From assembly GCA_947501605.1 (NCBI GenBank), contig CANMWZ010000023.1:1-64000 (forward strand): a stretch of 64,000 nucleotides of DNA, given 5' to 3'. A program made the position numbers and the translations under genes. Below the pieces are notes generated by a model. It did no database searches, had not been told where the DNA came from, and saw only the letters and a program-made list of their open reading frames with translations. Positions 1 through 9,821 of the stretch are shown in pieces (position 1 is the stretch's first letter; the number at the start of each line of letters is the position of its first letter). The stretch comes from Planctomycetota bacterium (GTDB lineage Bacteria; Planctomycetota; UBA1135; UBA2386).

Positions 1-1658
1 GCATCGCCGCCATCGCCCGCCATCGCCGCCAACTCCCGTTCGATCTGCGCGCCGGCCAGCGCTGACACTGTCGAACGCGTGCGTTCGGCCTTGCCCGTGC
101 GATCGACTTCTTTGGCGACCAAGAAGTGCCGATCCGCGAATGCCGCCACCTGCGGCAAGTGCGTCACGATGACGACCTGATGGTGGGTCGCGACTTCGCC
201 GAGCTTGTGCCCGACTTGCAGCCCGAGCCGCCCGCCGATCTCGGCGTCGATCTCGTCGAGCACCAACAGCGGTACGCGGTCCTGGTCGGCCAATGTCTTC
301 TTGATCGCCAGCACGATGCGTGCGAGCTCACCGCCTGACGCCGTCTCGCGCATCGATCGAAACGGCTCACCCGGGTTGATGCGCACTTCGATATCCACCG
401 GCACCGGTCCATGCTCGTTGGCGATCCCCAGCAATTCGTCATCGACGAACTCGTCGGCCATCGCCACGCGAACCACGGTGTGCGCCATGCCGAGGTCCTT
501 CAACTCCGCGCCAATGCTCGCCGTGAACGGGTCCGCCGCCTTGCGCCGCGCGCGCAGCAGCTTGCGGCCGATCCCCGCGGCGGTCGCGATCGCCTGCCGG
601 AGCGCGGTGGCAAGCGCTTCGGGATTGCAACTCTCGCCGTGCTTGTCGAGTTCGGCGGTCACCTCGGCCAGCGTGCGCCGAAAGTCAGCCTCGGTCGGGC
701 CAAAGCGCCGCAGTGCGGACTGGATCGCATCGAGCCGAGCTTCGACCTCCTCGAGGCGCGCCGGATCGAGATCGAGGCGCGCCAGCCCTGACTGCACGTT
801 GCGGCAAACGTTTGCCAGCATGTCCTCGACCGAGGCGATCTCCTCGGCCGCCTCCTCCAGTCGGCGATCGACTTCGGCAGCATCGCGCAACTGGCGCGAG
901 GCCTTCGCAACCTGGTCTGCAGCGCACGCTTCGTCGTCCTGCAGCACACGCAGCGCCGTCTGCAACCGCTGCCGCACAGCGTCGAGGTTGGACAGGATCT
1001 GGTGCTCCTGTTCGAGAGCCGTCAGTTCGCCATCGACGAGTTGGAGCTCCTGCATCTGCTGCTGCTGGAACCGCAAGAACTCGAGCCGCTGCTGCGACTG
1101 CTTCTGCCCGGCCGTCGCCTCCTGCAGGGCCCGCTGCGCCGCGCGCGCCAACGCCAGGGCCGCGCCAAACTGCCCGCGCAGGGCCGCCGTGCCAGCGAAC
1201 GCGTCGAGGGTCTCGCACTGGATCTCGGGCCGCATCAACGCCCGCGAGTCGCCTTGGCCGTGGATCTCGACGAGGTGTTCGCCGAGCGTGCGCAGCGCCG
1301 TGAGGGTCGCCGGTCGCCCGCCGATGCGGCAGCGGCTCTTGCCCTGCGCATCGACGATCCGCGTCACCAGCAAGAGGTCGTCGTCGACGGTGCCAGAGCA
1401 GAGTTCTTGCACGAGCGCCGTGATCGCCTTCGAACGGTCGCCGCCGCCAAGCCGAAACTCACCGTCGATCTGCATCTCGCTCTCGTCGCGACGCACCAGC
1501 CCGCTTGGTGCCTTCTCGCCGCGCAGCAGTTTGAGTGCCGTGATCAGCAGCGACTTGCCGCCGCCGGTTTCGCCGGAGATGACGTTTAGGCCGCTGTCGA
1601 GAGCGAGTTCGGCCGACTCGATCAGCGCCAGGTTGCGGACATGCAGAGTGTGGAGCAT
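1..1658 (-). CDS. recN: DNA repair protein RecN (3' end outside window)
   Basis: Reverse strand from ATG 1658 reads MLHTLHVRNLALIESAEL...NVISGETGGGKSLL (Walker A). It continues through a coiled coil, ASGGETAR, FDEIDAEI and VTHLPQVAA. Absent from the ORF track because the stop lies outside the window. Confidence 0.95.
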   Translation of the reverse strand, partial: MLHTLHVRNLALIESAELALDSGLNVISGETGGGKSLLITALKLLRGEKAPSGLVRRDESEMQIDGEFRLGGGDRSKAITALVQELCSGTVDDDLLLVTRIVDAQGKSRCRIGGRPATLTALRTLGEHLVEIHGQGDSRALMRPEIQCETLDAFAGTAALRGQFGAALALARAAQRALQEATAGQKQSQQRLEFLRFQQQQMQELQLVDGELTALEQEHQILSNLDAVRQRLQTALRVLQDDEACAADQVAKASRQLRDAAEVDRRLEEAAEEIASVEDMLANVCRNVQSGLARLDLDPARLEEVEARLDAIQSALRRFGPTEADFRRTLAEVTAELDKHGESCNPEALATALRQAIATAAGIGRKLLRARRKAADPFTASIGAELKDLGMAHTVVRVAMADEFVDDELLGIANEHGPVPVDIEVRINPGEPFRSMRETASGGELARIVLAIKKTLADQDRVPLLVLDEIDAEIGGRLGLQVGHKLGEVATHHQVVIVTHLPQVAAFADRHFLVAKEVDRTGKAERTRSTVSALAGAQIERELAAMAGDGGD

Positions 1659-1899
1659 GGGTCGAAGCGCCCTAACATAGACCGAACATCGGGGTCGACC
1701 GCAACAGGCGGGAGCGGAATCGTCGAGCGGAAGGGCGGCGGGGTGGCGGGGTGCGCCCTTCGCTTGGAGCCGGCACGGGGGATGGGCCGCGCGCCTTCGA
1801 GCGGGCCGCTCGTTCGCGACGGACCTCGCCTCTCGAAGGATCTGCGCGCGCGGACTGCTCGCGTTCGCAGGCCCCCTCGCGGTAGGATGCGCGCCGCGG

Positions 1900-1976
1900 G
1901 CGCTCGTAGCTCAATTGGATAGAGCTCCAGACTTCGGATCTGGAGGTTGCAGGTTCAAGTCCTGCCGGGCGTACCA
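1900..1976 (+). tRNA. tRNA-Arg, anticodon TCG
   Basis: Acceptor stem GCGCTCG/CGGGCGT followed by ACCA; D arm TAGCTCAATTGGATAGAGC; anticodon arm CCAGA-CTTCGGA-TCTGG; T arm GCAGG-TTCAAGT-CCTGC. Confidence 0.95.
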
Positions 1977-2103
1977 GTTCGCAAGCAGCCCCCGCTCGGC
2001 CGCGGGCGCGACCGTTGGGGAGAAGCCACTCCAGCTGGGCTCCAGCCCTGGCTCCAAGCTCTCGATACTTGAAAATCAGCACTCTGAGTGCCAATTTTCA
2101 ATC

Positions 2104-3249
2104 ATGATCGGGCGCGAAGGTTACCTCCAGCAGATCCGGGATGCCCTGGACCGCAGCCCCATTGCGATGCTCATCGGCCCGCGGCAATGCGGCAAGTCGA
2201 CACTCGCTCGCGCGATCGCCAGTACCGGGAGAGCCACGTTCTTCGACCTCGAAGACCCGACCGCCAGCGCCGCCCTGTCGCAGCCGATGACCGCGCTGCG
2301 CGATCTCACGGGGCTCGTCGTCCTCGACGAAGTGCAGCGGCAGCCGGACCTCTTCCCCGTGCTCCGCGTGCTGGCTGACCGCGCTGCGTCGAAGACGCGC
2401 TTCCTGTTGCTCGGCAGTGCGTCGCCGTCGCTCGCACGGCAGGCCGCCGAGTCCCTCGCGGGCCGTGTCGCGATCGTCGAACTGCGCGGCTTCGACACGC
2501 ACGAAGTCGGACCCTCGCACACGAACGCACTCTGGCAACGCGGCGGCTTCCCGCGCTCGTTCCTCGCCGACAGCGACGAGACGAGTTGGCGCTGGCGACA
2601 GGACTTCCTCGCGACCTTCGTCGAGCGCGACCTCTCGGTGCTCGGCTTCGGCATGGCGCCCGCCGCGATGCGCCGCTTCTGGACCATGCTGTCGCACATG
2701 CACGGGCAGGTGTGGAACGCATCGGAGATCGCGTCGTCGATGGGCGTGTCGCCGCACACGACGCGCAAGTACCTCGATGCCCTCGAGCAGACCTTCATGG
2801 TGCGTGTGCTCCAGCCATGGCACGAGAACGTGGGCAAGCGGCTCGTGAAGAGCCCGAAGATCTGGTTGCGCGACAGCGGACTGTTCCACGCCCTGCAGGG
2901 GATCCAGAACCACGGACAGCTGCTCGCGCACCCGAAACTCGGCGTGTCGTGGGAAGGCTTCGCGATGGAAGAAGTGCTCGCGGCCTTCCGTCCCGATCAG
3001 GCCTGGTTCTACGCCGTGCACTCGGGCTCGGAGCTCGATCTGTTCTTCCTGCACCGCGGCAAACGCATCGGCGTGGAGTTCAAGCATCAGGACGCGCCGC
3101 GCACGACGAAGTCGATGCACGTGGCGATGACGGACCTTGGGTTGGATCGACTGTGGGTCGTGTATCCGGGAGTTCGCCGCTATGCGCTGACGGAGCGCAT
3201 CGAGGTGGTGCCGCTGGCGAACGTGCGGGAGGTCGTGGAGCAGGCGTAG
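2104..3249 (+). CDS. AAA+ ATPase with DUF4143-type C-terminal region
   Basis: GPRQCGKST Walker A, LDEVQR Walker B, and the family motifs LLGSAS, ESLAGR, GGFP and KSPKIWLRDSGL. C-terminal ELDL..GVEFK. The ORF-track start overlaps the tRNA, so ATG 2104 is preferred. Confidence 0.88.
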   Translation: MIGREGYLQQIRDALDRSPIAMLIGPRQCGKSTLARAIASTGRATFFDLEDPTASAALSQPMTALRDLTGLVVLDEVQRQPDLFPVLRVLADRAASKTRFLLLGSASPSLARQAAESLAGRVAIVELRGFDTHEVGPSHTNALWQRGGFPRSFLADSDETSWRWRQDFLATFVERDLSVLGFGMAPAAMRRFWTMLSHMHGQVWNASEIASSMGVSPHTTRKYLDALEQTFMVRVLQPWHENVGKRLVKSPKIWLRDSGLFHALQGIQNHGQLLAHPKLGVSWEGFAMEEVLAAFRPDQAWFYAVHSGSELDLFFLHRGKRIGVEFKHQDAPRTTKSMHVAMTDLGLDRLWVVYPGVRRYALTERIEVVPLANVREVVEQA

Positions 3250-3273
3250 GCAGAGGCGATCAGAATCTCGACG

Positions 3274-4215
3274 TCACTCGCCGCACGACTCACCGCGCTC
3301 CGCCGGCTCCGCCTTCCCCTTCCCCGCCGCAGAGTCCTTCCGCTCCTTCTCCACTCGCGCCGATTGCTCGTCGAAGAACGCGAACACCCTGCTCACCATC
3401 TCCGCGTTCTGCGTGATCGAGCGGACGTGGTCGCCGCCGGCGAGCTCTTCGTAGCGAACGGGCACCTCGAGTCGCTTCATCTCCTCGACCCAGCTGCGCA
3501 CCGTCGCGACGGGGACCAAGCGATCCTTGTCGCCGGAGACGACATACACCGGCGTCTTCTTCAACTGCTTCAGCATGTCCATGGGGCCACCGAGTGCCGG
3601 TGCCAGAGGTGCGAGCCCGGCCCACAGCTCGTTGCGCGTGGCACCGAGGTACACCGTGCCCGCCCCGCCCATCGAGTGCCCCATCAAGAACCGCCGCTTC
3701 TCGTCGATGCGCAGTTCCTTCTCGACGATGCCGAGCACGTGGAAGACATCCTTCTCGCTGAGTTCGCCGAGGTTCTCCGGGTCCTTCTTGGTGCCGAAGT
3801 ACGGACCGTCCTTGCCCTTGCCGCGGCTGCCGTACCAACCGCGTTCGTTGAACCCGTACGGCGCCACGACGACATAGCCGCGTGCCTCCGCCTCGTCGAC
3901 GATGCCGCGGTAGCCGATCACCTGCTCGGGATTGCTGCCGAGCCCGTGTAGCAAGACGACCAGCGGCGCGGGACGCGCTTCGTCGTAGTCAGTGGGCACG
4001 TAGAGCGCGTAGTCGATGTCGCGCTTCGCTTCTTCCATGTGGTAGCTGCGAACAAGGACCTTGCCCTTCGCGAGCTTGCTTTGCGATTCCGTCGCCGATG
4101 GCGCGCCGCCGGTCGCGCTGGCGTCCGCTTGCGCGAAGCTCGGCGCGCAGAACGCGGCGAAGAGCACGGCGGCGGAGAGTGCGGGGAGCCAGGCGCGTCG
4201 CAGTGGGGTCAGCAT
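3274..4215 (-). CDS. Secreted alpha/beta hydrolase (esterase/peptidase)
   Basis: Signal peptide, LVVLLHGLG, GHSMGG nucleophile elbow, GDKD Asp and GGDH His. Confidence 0.85.
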   Translation of the reverse strand: MLTPLRRAWLPALSAAVLFAAFCAPSFAQADASATGGAPSATESQSKLAKGKVLVRSYHMEEAKRDIDYALYVPTDYDEARPAPLVVLLHGLGSNPEQVIGYRGIVDEAEARGYVVVAPYGFNERGWYGSRGKGKDGPYFGTKKDPENLGELSEKDVFHVLGIVEKELRIDEKRRFLMGHSMGGAGTVYLGATRNELWAGLAPLAPALGGPMDMLKQLKKTPVYVVSGDKDRLVPVATVRSWVEEMKRLEVPVRYEELAGGDHVRSITQNAEMVSRVFAFFDEQSARVEKERKDSAAGKGKAEPAERGESCGE

Positions 4216-4321
4216 GGTGGCCCATGGTCGCAGAGATCGCCTCCCGTTGCACCCCGGGGCTGGGCTGTGGAGCTGGGGAGTGCGCCGAAGTCGGAGCGCC
4301 GGGTCTCCCCGAGCCGGCTTC

Positions 4322-4747
4322 TCACCAGTGGTACAGCATCCCGTAGACCACCACCCCCGTCACCGACACGTACAACCAGATCGGCGCGGTCACCTTCGCC
4401 CACTTGCGATGCTGCTCGCGCCGATCCTTCAGCCCGAGCCACACAGTCCGCAAGATCAATGGCACCTGCACCACCGCCAGCACCACGTGCGAGATCAGCA
4501 GCGCGTAATAGAACGTCTTCACCGCGCCTTCGCCGCGAAACGTCACCGGCTCGCAGGTCGCGTGGTAGAGCAGATAGCAGCACAAGAACAACGCCGAGAC
4601 GCCGGTCGCCGCCAGCATCAACTTCTTGTGCAGCTCGATGCGGCCTTGTTTGACCGCGACGAGGCCGGCAACGATGAGCACGGTTGCGAGCGCGTTGAGC
4701 GACGCGTCGACGTCGGCGAGGAAGCGGAAGTCCATCGAAGCGAACAT
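4322..4747 (-). CDS. DUF420 family membrane protein (CtaM-like)
   Basis: Motifs ASLNA, HKKLM, FL..YLLYH, LISHVVLA, H+KWAK and WLYVSVTGVVVY. Last gene of the ctaA/ctaB run. Confidence 0.85.
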   Translation of the reverse strand: MFASMDFRFLADVDASLNALATVLIVAGLVAVKQGRIELHKKLMLAATGVSALFLCCYLLYHATCEPVTFRGEGAVKTFYYALLISHVVLAVVQVPLILRTVWLGLKDRREQHRKWAKVTAPIWLYVSVTGVVVYGMLYHW

Positions 4748-4754
4748 GATTGGT

Positions 4755-5549
4755 TCAGACTGCGTCGCGCGCGCTGCGGCGCGTGACCACCCAGGTCGAG
4801 AGCGAGAACGTGCACACCGCGAAGATCGCCGTGCCCAAGAGACAGACCGAGAACGACGGGATGCCCACGACCGGACCTTCCTGCAGCGCGTGCCGCAACG
4901 CCCCCACGCCATACGTCATCGGGTCGCACCACCGCACCCAAGCCATCAGCGGATGCGCGTCTTCCATCGGGAAGAACGCGCCCGACAGCAGCAGCATCGG
5001 CATCAGCACCAGCATCATGATGCCGTGGTAGCCAGCAGTGCTGTCCATCACCCACGCCAGCGCGAAGCCCATCCCGGTCACCGACAGCGCGACCAGATAG
5101 AGAACCGCGAGGCCCAGCAGAGCGCTGCCGATCGTCAGCGGCACGCCCGCCAATGGCGCGAGCAGCAAGAACAGCACACCCAACGAGAACCCCAGCGTCG
5201 TGCCGCCGAGGATCTTGCCGAGTGCGATCGCCGCGCGCGGAACCGGCGCCACCAGCACGCCCTGAAGGAACCCTTCTTTGCGGTCCTCGATCACCGTGAT
5301 CGTGCTGAAGATCGCCGTGAACAGCGCGATCATCGCCAGCGTCCCGACGAAGAAGTAGCTGCCGTAGTCCTGGCCGCCCGGTTTGAACGAGCCGTGCAGT
5401 GCGCCCGTGAACAGGAGCCAGAAGATCACCGGCTGCAGCAGCGAGCCCGTGACGCGCGAACGATCGCGAAGGAAGCGCACGATCTCGCGGTGCGCGAGCG
5501 CCAGCGCCGCGGTCAGCATCGGCGTGCGAACAGGTGTGGGAGATGTCAT
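4755..5549 (-). CDS. ABC-2 type transporter permease
   Basis: About 6 TM segments with EDRKEGFL..LVAPVPR, LSGAFFP and PMTYGV. Overlaps the ATPase stop. Confidence 0.88.
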   Translation of the reverse strand: MTSPTPVRTPMLTAALALAHREIVRFLRDRSRVTGSLLQPVIFWLLFTGALHGSFKPGGQDYGSYFFVGTLAMIALFTAIFSTITVIEDRKEGFLQGVLVAPVPRAAIALGKILGGTTLGFSLGVLFLLLAPLAGVPLTIGSALLGLAVLYLVALSVTGMGFALAWVMDSTAGYHGIMMLVLMPMLLLSGAFFPMEDAHPLMAWVRWCDPMTYGVGALRHALQEGPVVGIPSFSVCLLGTAIFAVCTFSLSTWVVTRRSARDAV

Positions 5550-6505
5550 TCCTTGCGCCTCCGCTTCTTCTTCGGTTCTTCGGGCGGAGCTACGACGAAG
5601 CGCTTGCCCGTGAGGTGCAAGAACACATCGGCGAGCGACGGATGCGCCAGCGAGACGCGCAGGATGCGGTCGCCGAAGCGGTCGATCAACTTGGACACCA
5701 ACTCGTGAACGCGTGGCCCGTCGCAGCGCAGCATCGTCTCGACCACCTTGGGGTCGACGCCGAGTTGGGCGCGGATGTCGGCGGCGAGCGCCAGTGGGTT
5801 CTGCGCTTCGATCTCGAGCACTTGCCCGCCGACCATGCGCATCAGCTCACCCGGCGTTCCCGCGGCGACGATCGCGCCGCCGTCGAGCAACGTGAGTCGA
5901 TCGGCCTCGGCGGCCTCGTCCATCAGATGCGTCGTGAACAACACCGTGATGCCCGTCTGCTTCTTCAGCAGCGACCACATGTCGCGCCGCGCGGCGGGAT
6001 CGAGGCCGGTGCTCGCTTCGTCGAGCAGTACCAGCGCCGGTCGATGCAGCAGCGCCTTGCAGATCTCGACGCGACGACGCAGCCCGCCCGACAGTTCGCC
6101 GGTGCGATCGTTGCTGCGATCCTTCAGGTCGGCGTGTTCCAGCAGTTCAGAGCTGCGGCGATCGAGCTCTGCCCGCGGCATCCCATAGAGGCGGCCGGCG
6201 TAGCGGAGGTTCTCGAGAACGGTCAGCTTCTTGTCGACTGCCGGCGACTGGAACACGACGCCGATGCGCCTGCGCACGGCGGCCGGGTCCTGTGCGAGAT
6301 CGATGCCGAACATCGACACGTTGCCCTGCTGCGGCGGCACGATCGTCGACAGGATCTTGAACAACGTCGACTTGCCCGAGCCGTTGGGCCCGAGAAAGCC
6401 GTGTGCAGATCCCTCGGCAACCGAGAAGTCGATGTTGCGCAGCGCCTGCCGTTCGCCATAGGCAAACGAGAGGCCGCGTGCCGTCACTGCTGCAGGCGTG
6501 GTCAT
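5546..6505 (-). CDS. ABC transporter ATP-binding protein
   Basis: GPNGSGKST, LSGGLRRR, LLDEASTGLD and TTH. The start ATG 6505 overlaps the ctaB stop. Confidence 0.9.
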   Translation of the reverse strand: MTTPAAVTARGLSFAYGERQALRNIDFSVAEGSAHGFLGPNGSGKSTLFKILSTIVPPQQGNVSMFGIDLAQDPAAVRRRIGVVFQSPAVDKKLTVLENLRYAGRLYGMPRAELDRRSSELLEHADLKDRSNDRTGELSGGLRRRVEICKALLHRPALVLLDEASTGLDPAARRDMWSLLKKQTGITVLFTTHLMDEAAEADRLTLLDGGAIVAAGTPGELMRMVGGQVLEIEAQNPLALAADIRAQLGVDPKVVETMLRCDGPRVHELVSKLIDRFGDRILRVSLAHPSLADVFLHLTGKRFVVAPPEEPKKKRRRKE

Positions 6506-7437
6506 AAGGGGAATACAGCGTCTTGCCGGTCGAGCACCATCACCGTCAGCAAGAGCGGCAGGTAGACGAGCGACACCAAGAAGGTGAGTCGCATCGCCGA
6601 CTCCCAGCGTGTGCACGCGGCCAGGACCGCGGGCACGAAGAACATCGCATCGAGGCAGACCGCGGTTGCGAGGTAGACCTCGCCCGACATGCCGACGACA
6701 AAGGGCAGCAGGCTCGCGATGCCGAGACCGGCAACATAGAGCAGCATCGTCGAGCGCGTGCTCGCTCCGTCGGGGTCGACGACCGGCAGCATGCGCATTC
6801 CTGCTCGCGCGTAGTCGTGGCGGTAGCGCCACGCAATCGCGAGGAAGTGCGGAATCTGCCAGCAAAACAGGATCATGAACAAGATCAGGGCACCAAAGCC
6901 GAGCTTGTTCGTGACCGCCGCAAAGCCCACAACCGGCGGCAAGGCGCCGGGGATCGCGCCCATCAGCGTGTTGAGCGGCGTTCGCATCTTCATCGGCGTG
7001 TAGACCAACACGTAGCTGAACAGGATCAGAAAGCACACCAGCGCCGCGAGTGGTGACGACCACAACAGCAGCGTGCCTTCGCCTAGGATCGCCACGACGA
7101 TGCCGAACCACAGCACTTGCTTGGGCTGTAGGCGACCCGACGGCAGTGGTCGTGACTGCGTGCGGTGCATCAGCGCATCGAGTTCGCGCTCGCGGTACAT
7201 GTTGAGTGCCGCCGATGCCACGGCGACGAGAAAGGTGCCGAGAGTCGTCGCGGCGACGATTCCGAGCGGCGGCATACCGTGCGGCGTCCAGCCGAGGAAG
7301 CAGCCGGCCACGACCGCAAAAACGGCCATCGCCGACAGCCGCGGCTTGCCGAGTTCGAGAAAGCTCGCGATCGTGCCCTTGCGCGAAATCGTCGCCGCCG
7401 GAGCTACCGCTGCGTTCGTCAGCCTGGGATCAACCAC
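6502..7437 (-). CDS. ctaB: Protoheme IX farnesyltransferase (heme O synthase)
   Basis: KPRLS, NMYRERELDALMHRTQSRPLPSG, YT.MK, GAIPGALPP and WQIPHF..IA...R.DY..AG.MLP. Confidence 0.93.
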   Translation of the reverse strand: MVDPRLTNAAVAPAATISRKGTIASFLELGKPRLSAMAVFAVVAGCFLGWTPHGMPPLGIVAATTLGTFLVAVASAALNMYRERELDALMHRTQSRPLPSGRLQPKQVLWFGIVVAILGEGTLLLWSSPLAALVCFLILFSYVLVYTPMKMRTPLNTLMGAIPGALPPVVGFAAVTNKLGFGALILFMILFCWQIPHFLAIAWRYRHDYARAGMRMLPVVDPDGASTRSTMLLYVAGLGIASLLPFVVGMSGEVYLATAVCLDAMFFVPAVLAACTRWESAMRLTFLVSLVYLPLLLTVMVLDRQDAVFPL

Positions 7438-8371
7438 GGGCGACCTCGGGAGCGCGCGCAGTGCCGCGAAACACGTGGGCGGCGAGCAGGCTTGCGGTGA
7501 CTGTCAGCAGCGAGCCAGCAAGCACGTGCGAACTGATCAGCGAGGCGCGCACGAGCTGCTCCACGTTCTCGGGGCTCTTGCCGGTCCGGATCAGCAGGGC
7601 AACGAAACCGAGCACGAGCTGCACGACCAGCAACCACAGCAACCAACGCGAGAGCGATTTGATACCAGGCACTGCGGCAAACCGGCCGGCGGCCAAACCC
7701 GCGGCGATCAGCACGAGCAGGAAGACGACCAGCGCGTTGGCAACGTGGGTCCACAGGGCATGCTCGCTTCCGGAGTGGCGGGCGATCGCGCCAATGATGG
7801 TCTGCACGACCAGCGCCACGACGGCGATGACCGCCATGCGGCGTCCGGCGCCAGTGGACGGATGGGCGATCGCCTTCGTTGCGGCATAGCGGCGCGACAG
7901 CCGGTAGGCAGTGACGGCAAAGGTCGCGATCGTCAATTGCGCCAGCGTGCCATGTAGGCTCGACATCGCGACCGGCGTGTTGTTGAGCACGCCGACCCCA
8001 CCGACCACTCCTTGCACGAGGATCAGGGCGAGCCCGAGGATCGCGGCGCGGCCACCGGCGGTCGCCAGAGCCCTTCGGCGATACAGATCCACCACGAGGG
8101 TGAGCGACAACAGGCCCGCGATCGCGCCGGCGATGCGATGGAAGTGCTCCAAGAACCCCGCGAGAGTCGTAAGGCTGCTCGCGGGCATCAGCTGCCCGTC
8201 CGACAACGGCCAGTCGGCATAGGCCATGCCTGAGCCGGTGCTGGTCACCATGGCACCCTTGAGGATGACCACGATGGTCCACGCGACCATTGCGACCGCC
8301 AGGCGGAATGGCGCAGAGCCGAGTTCGGCCGCGGGCGCAAGTTGGGGGGAAGAGACGCTGGACGCGGTCAT
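7430..8371 (-). CDS. ctaA: Heme A synthase (COX15/CtaA family)
   Basis: GAMVTSTGSGMAYADWP, EHFHR, QGVVGG and conserved His residues in about 8 TM helices. Adjacent to ctaB. Confidence 0.85.
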   Translation of the reverse strand: MTASSVSSPQLAPAAELGSAPFRLAVAMVAWTIVVILKGAMVTSTGSGMAYADWPLSDGQLMPASSLTTLAGFLEHFHRIAGAIAGLLSLTLVVDLYRRRALATAGGRAAILGLALILVQGVVGGVGVLNNTPVAMSSLHGTLAQLTIATFAVTAYRLSRRYAATKAIAHPSTGAGRRMAVIAVVALVVQTIIGAIARHSGSEHALWTHVANALVVFLLVLIAAGLAAGRFAAVPGIKSLSRWLLWLLVVQLVLGFVALLIRTGKSPENVEQLVRASLISSHVLAGSLLTVTASLLAAHVFRGTARAPEVARG

Positions 8372-8617
8372 TGCTGGGGCAGGGGCCGGCGGTCAGCCGC
8401 GGGCAAGGGCACTTGGCCTCGCCTTCGTCCGCACCCGCGCTGGTGATGCAGCGGAGCTGCCCTGGGTGCCGGCGCCGACGCGGCGGGCCGAACACAATGC
8501 CGTAGGGGGCCGCAATTTTCACCAGCGGCAGTACACGAGATCAGCGCCGTCGGCCGGATTTACGGCGACAGCGCTGCATCGATCCTCTTCGAGTCAGCGG
8601 CCTTGTGGCCGTCGGAC

Positions 8618-9448
8618 TCAGCGACCGCGAAGCGGCGCGGCGTTCTGCTGCGGCTGCGCGTTCGAGTCAAACGCCTCCCACATCGGGCGCTCGTGGTCCT
8701 TGACCTCCGAGGTACCAACGACGCGGTCGAGCTCGTTCGACGGGCGGGTCGACGCGGTGGCCAGAAGATCCTCGATCTCCATGTCGGCGTCCCCGCCCAG
8801 GCTCCTGGCCTGCTCCAGGAAGCCGACCGCTTGGTTCGACTCGCCGATGCGCAGGTAGCAGATGCCGAGGTTCTTGAACGCGGCACTGCGCAGCGCCGGC
8901 GGCGCTTCACCTGCCGGGGCCAGGGTCAGCTCCGCGATCGCGCGCTGCCAGCGGCGCTCGTTCATGAACTGCTCGCCGCGGTACATGTGCGCCAGCGTGG
9001 CCGAGCTCACCTGCTCGCCGAGGACATCAAACGACTGGATCTCGATCCACGGCGCATCCTGGAACGTGTTGCGCACGACGCCCGTGATCTGCAGACGGTC
9101 ATACATGCTCATCTCGTAGACCTGCTGCAGTTGCGAGCCGGCCTTCGGATAGAACATGTTGCCGAAGAGGTCTTCGTAGGCCTGGCGCTGCCAGAGAGGC
9201 TGTTCGTCAGCCCACACGTAGACGTTCGCGTAGTCCGCCGGCGTGAAGCGCGTGAAGAACGGGTTGCTGATTTTGCCCAGCGACGCAAACTGGACGGTGA
9301 ACTGCACCGTCACATTGCGGAACGCATCGGGCGTGTGGCGAAGGGTCGTCAGCGTCGTGACGACAGGACTTCCGACTTGGAGGATTGTTTCCTGTGCCGG
9401 CAGAGCAGCAGCGCACAGGACCAGCGTGGCAAGCAGCGACGTCTTCAT
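8618..9448 (-). CDS. Secreted protein with OB-fold-like N region and a C-terminal TPR pair
   Basis: Signal peptide MKTSLLATLVLCAAALPA-Q and TPR-like AFKNLGICYLRIGESNQAVGFLEQA. Confidence 0.7.
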   Translation of the reverse strand: MKTSLLATLVLCAAALPAQETILQVGSPVVTTLTTLRHTPDAFRNVTVQFTVQFASLGKISNPFFTRFTPADYANVYVWADEQPLWQRQAYEDLFGNMFYPKAGSQLQQVYEMSMYDRLQITGVVRNTFQDAPWIEIQSFDVLGEQVSSATLAHMYRGEQFMNERRWQRAIAELTLAPAGEAPPALRSAAFKNLGICYLRIGESNQAVGFLEQARSLGGDADMEIEDLLATASTRPSNELDRVVGTSEVKDHERPMWEAFDSNAQPQQNAAPLRGR

Positions 9449-9480
9449 GGTTTCAACTCGTTTCGGGTTCGTGAAGGGGC

Positions 9481-9657
9481 TCAATCGGTCAATCGCTCCA
9501 TCAATCGACGCAGCGCCTGGTCCAACAGCTCGTCTGGAACCTCCTCGCCCGACTTGACGAGTTGACGCAGGAGCCGCACGCGTTCCGCTTTCGGAATCTC
9601 ACGGTTCATCAGTTCCTGCACGACACGATCGACGGACTCGGCTGGATGCTTTGACAA
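9481..9657 (-). CDS. Small protein, candidate FlgM-like anti-sigma28 factor (start uncertain, TTG 9657)
   Basis: C-terminus AERVRLLRQLVKSGEEVPDELLDQALRRLMERL resembles the FlgM C-terminal pattern (RV..LK..I..G.Y.V). A sigma28-like promoter lies upstream. Confidence 0.5.
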   Translation of the reverse strand: MSKHPAESVDRVVQELMNREIPKAERVRLLRQLVKSGEEVPDELLDQALRRLMERLTD

Positions 9658-9710
9658 AGCTGAATGACCTGGTTGCGAGAGAGCGATGGGGGGCGGCCCC
9701 CGACGTGCAT

Positions 9711-9739
9711 GTATCGGAGTTCGCGCGTTTGCAGCTTGA
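9711..9739 (-). promoter_or_regulatory. sigma28-like promoter for the FlgM-like ORF
   Basis: Minus strand reads TCAAG-N16-TCCGATAC. Confidence 0.55.
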
Positions 9740-9821
9740 CCCGGTTTCGTACGACTCCTTGCGCAACGCTCGCTCGCGGAGGCGCTACAGCCCCGCCGCC
9801 ATGGTGACATGCGCACCTTCG

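Noticed and set aside
205..1680. 491-aa plus-strand ORF and many similar long overlapping ORFs
   Set aside because: Antisense or off-frame shadows of real genes (here recN), which are expected in high-GC DNA.
1900..3249. tRNA-anchored integrative element
   Set aside because: No integrase and no duplicate of the tRNA 3' end noticed. Only one accessory-type ATPase follows.
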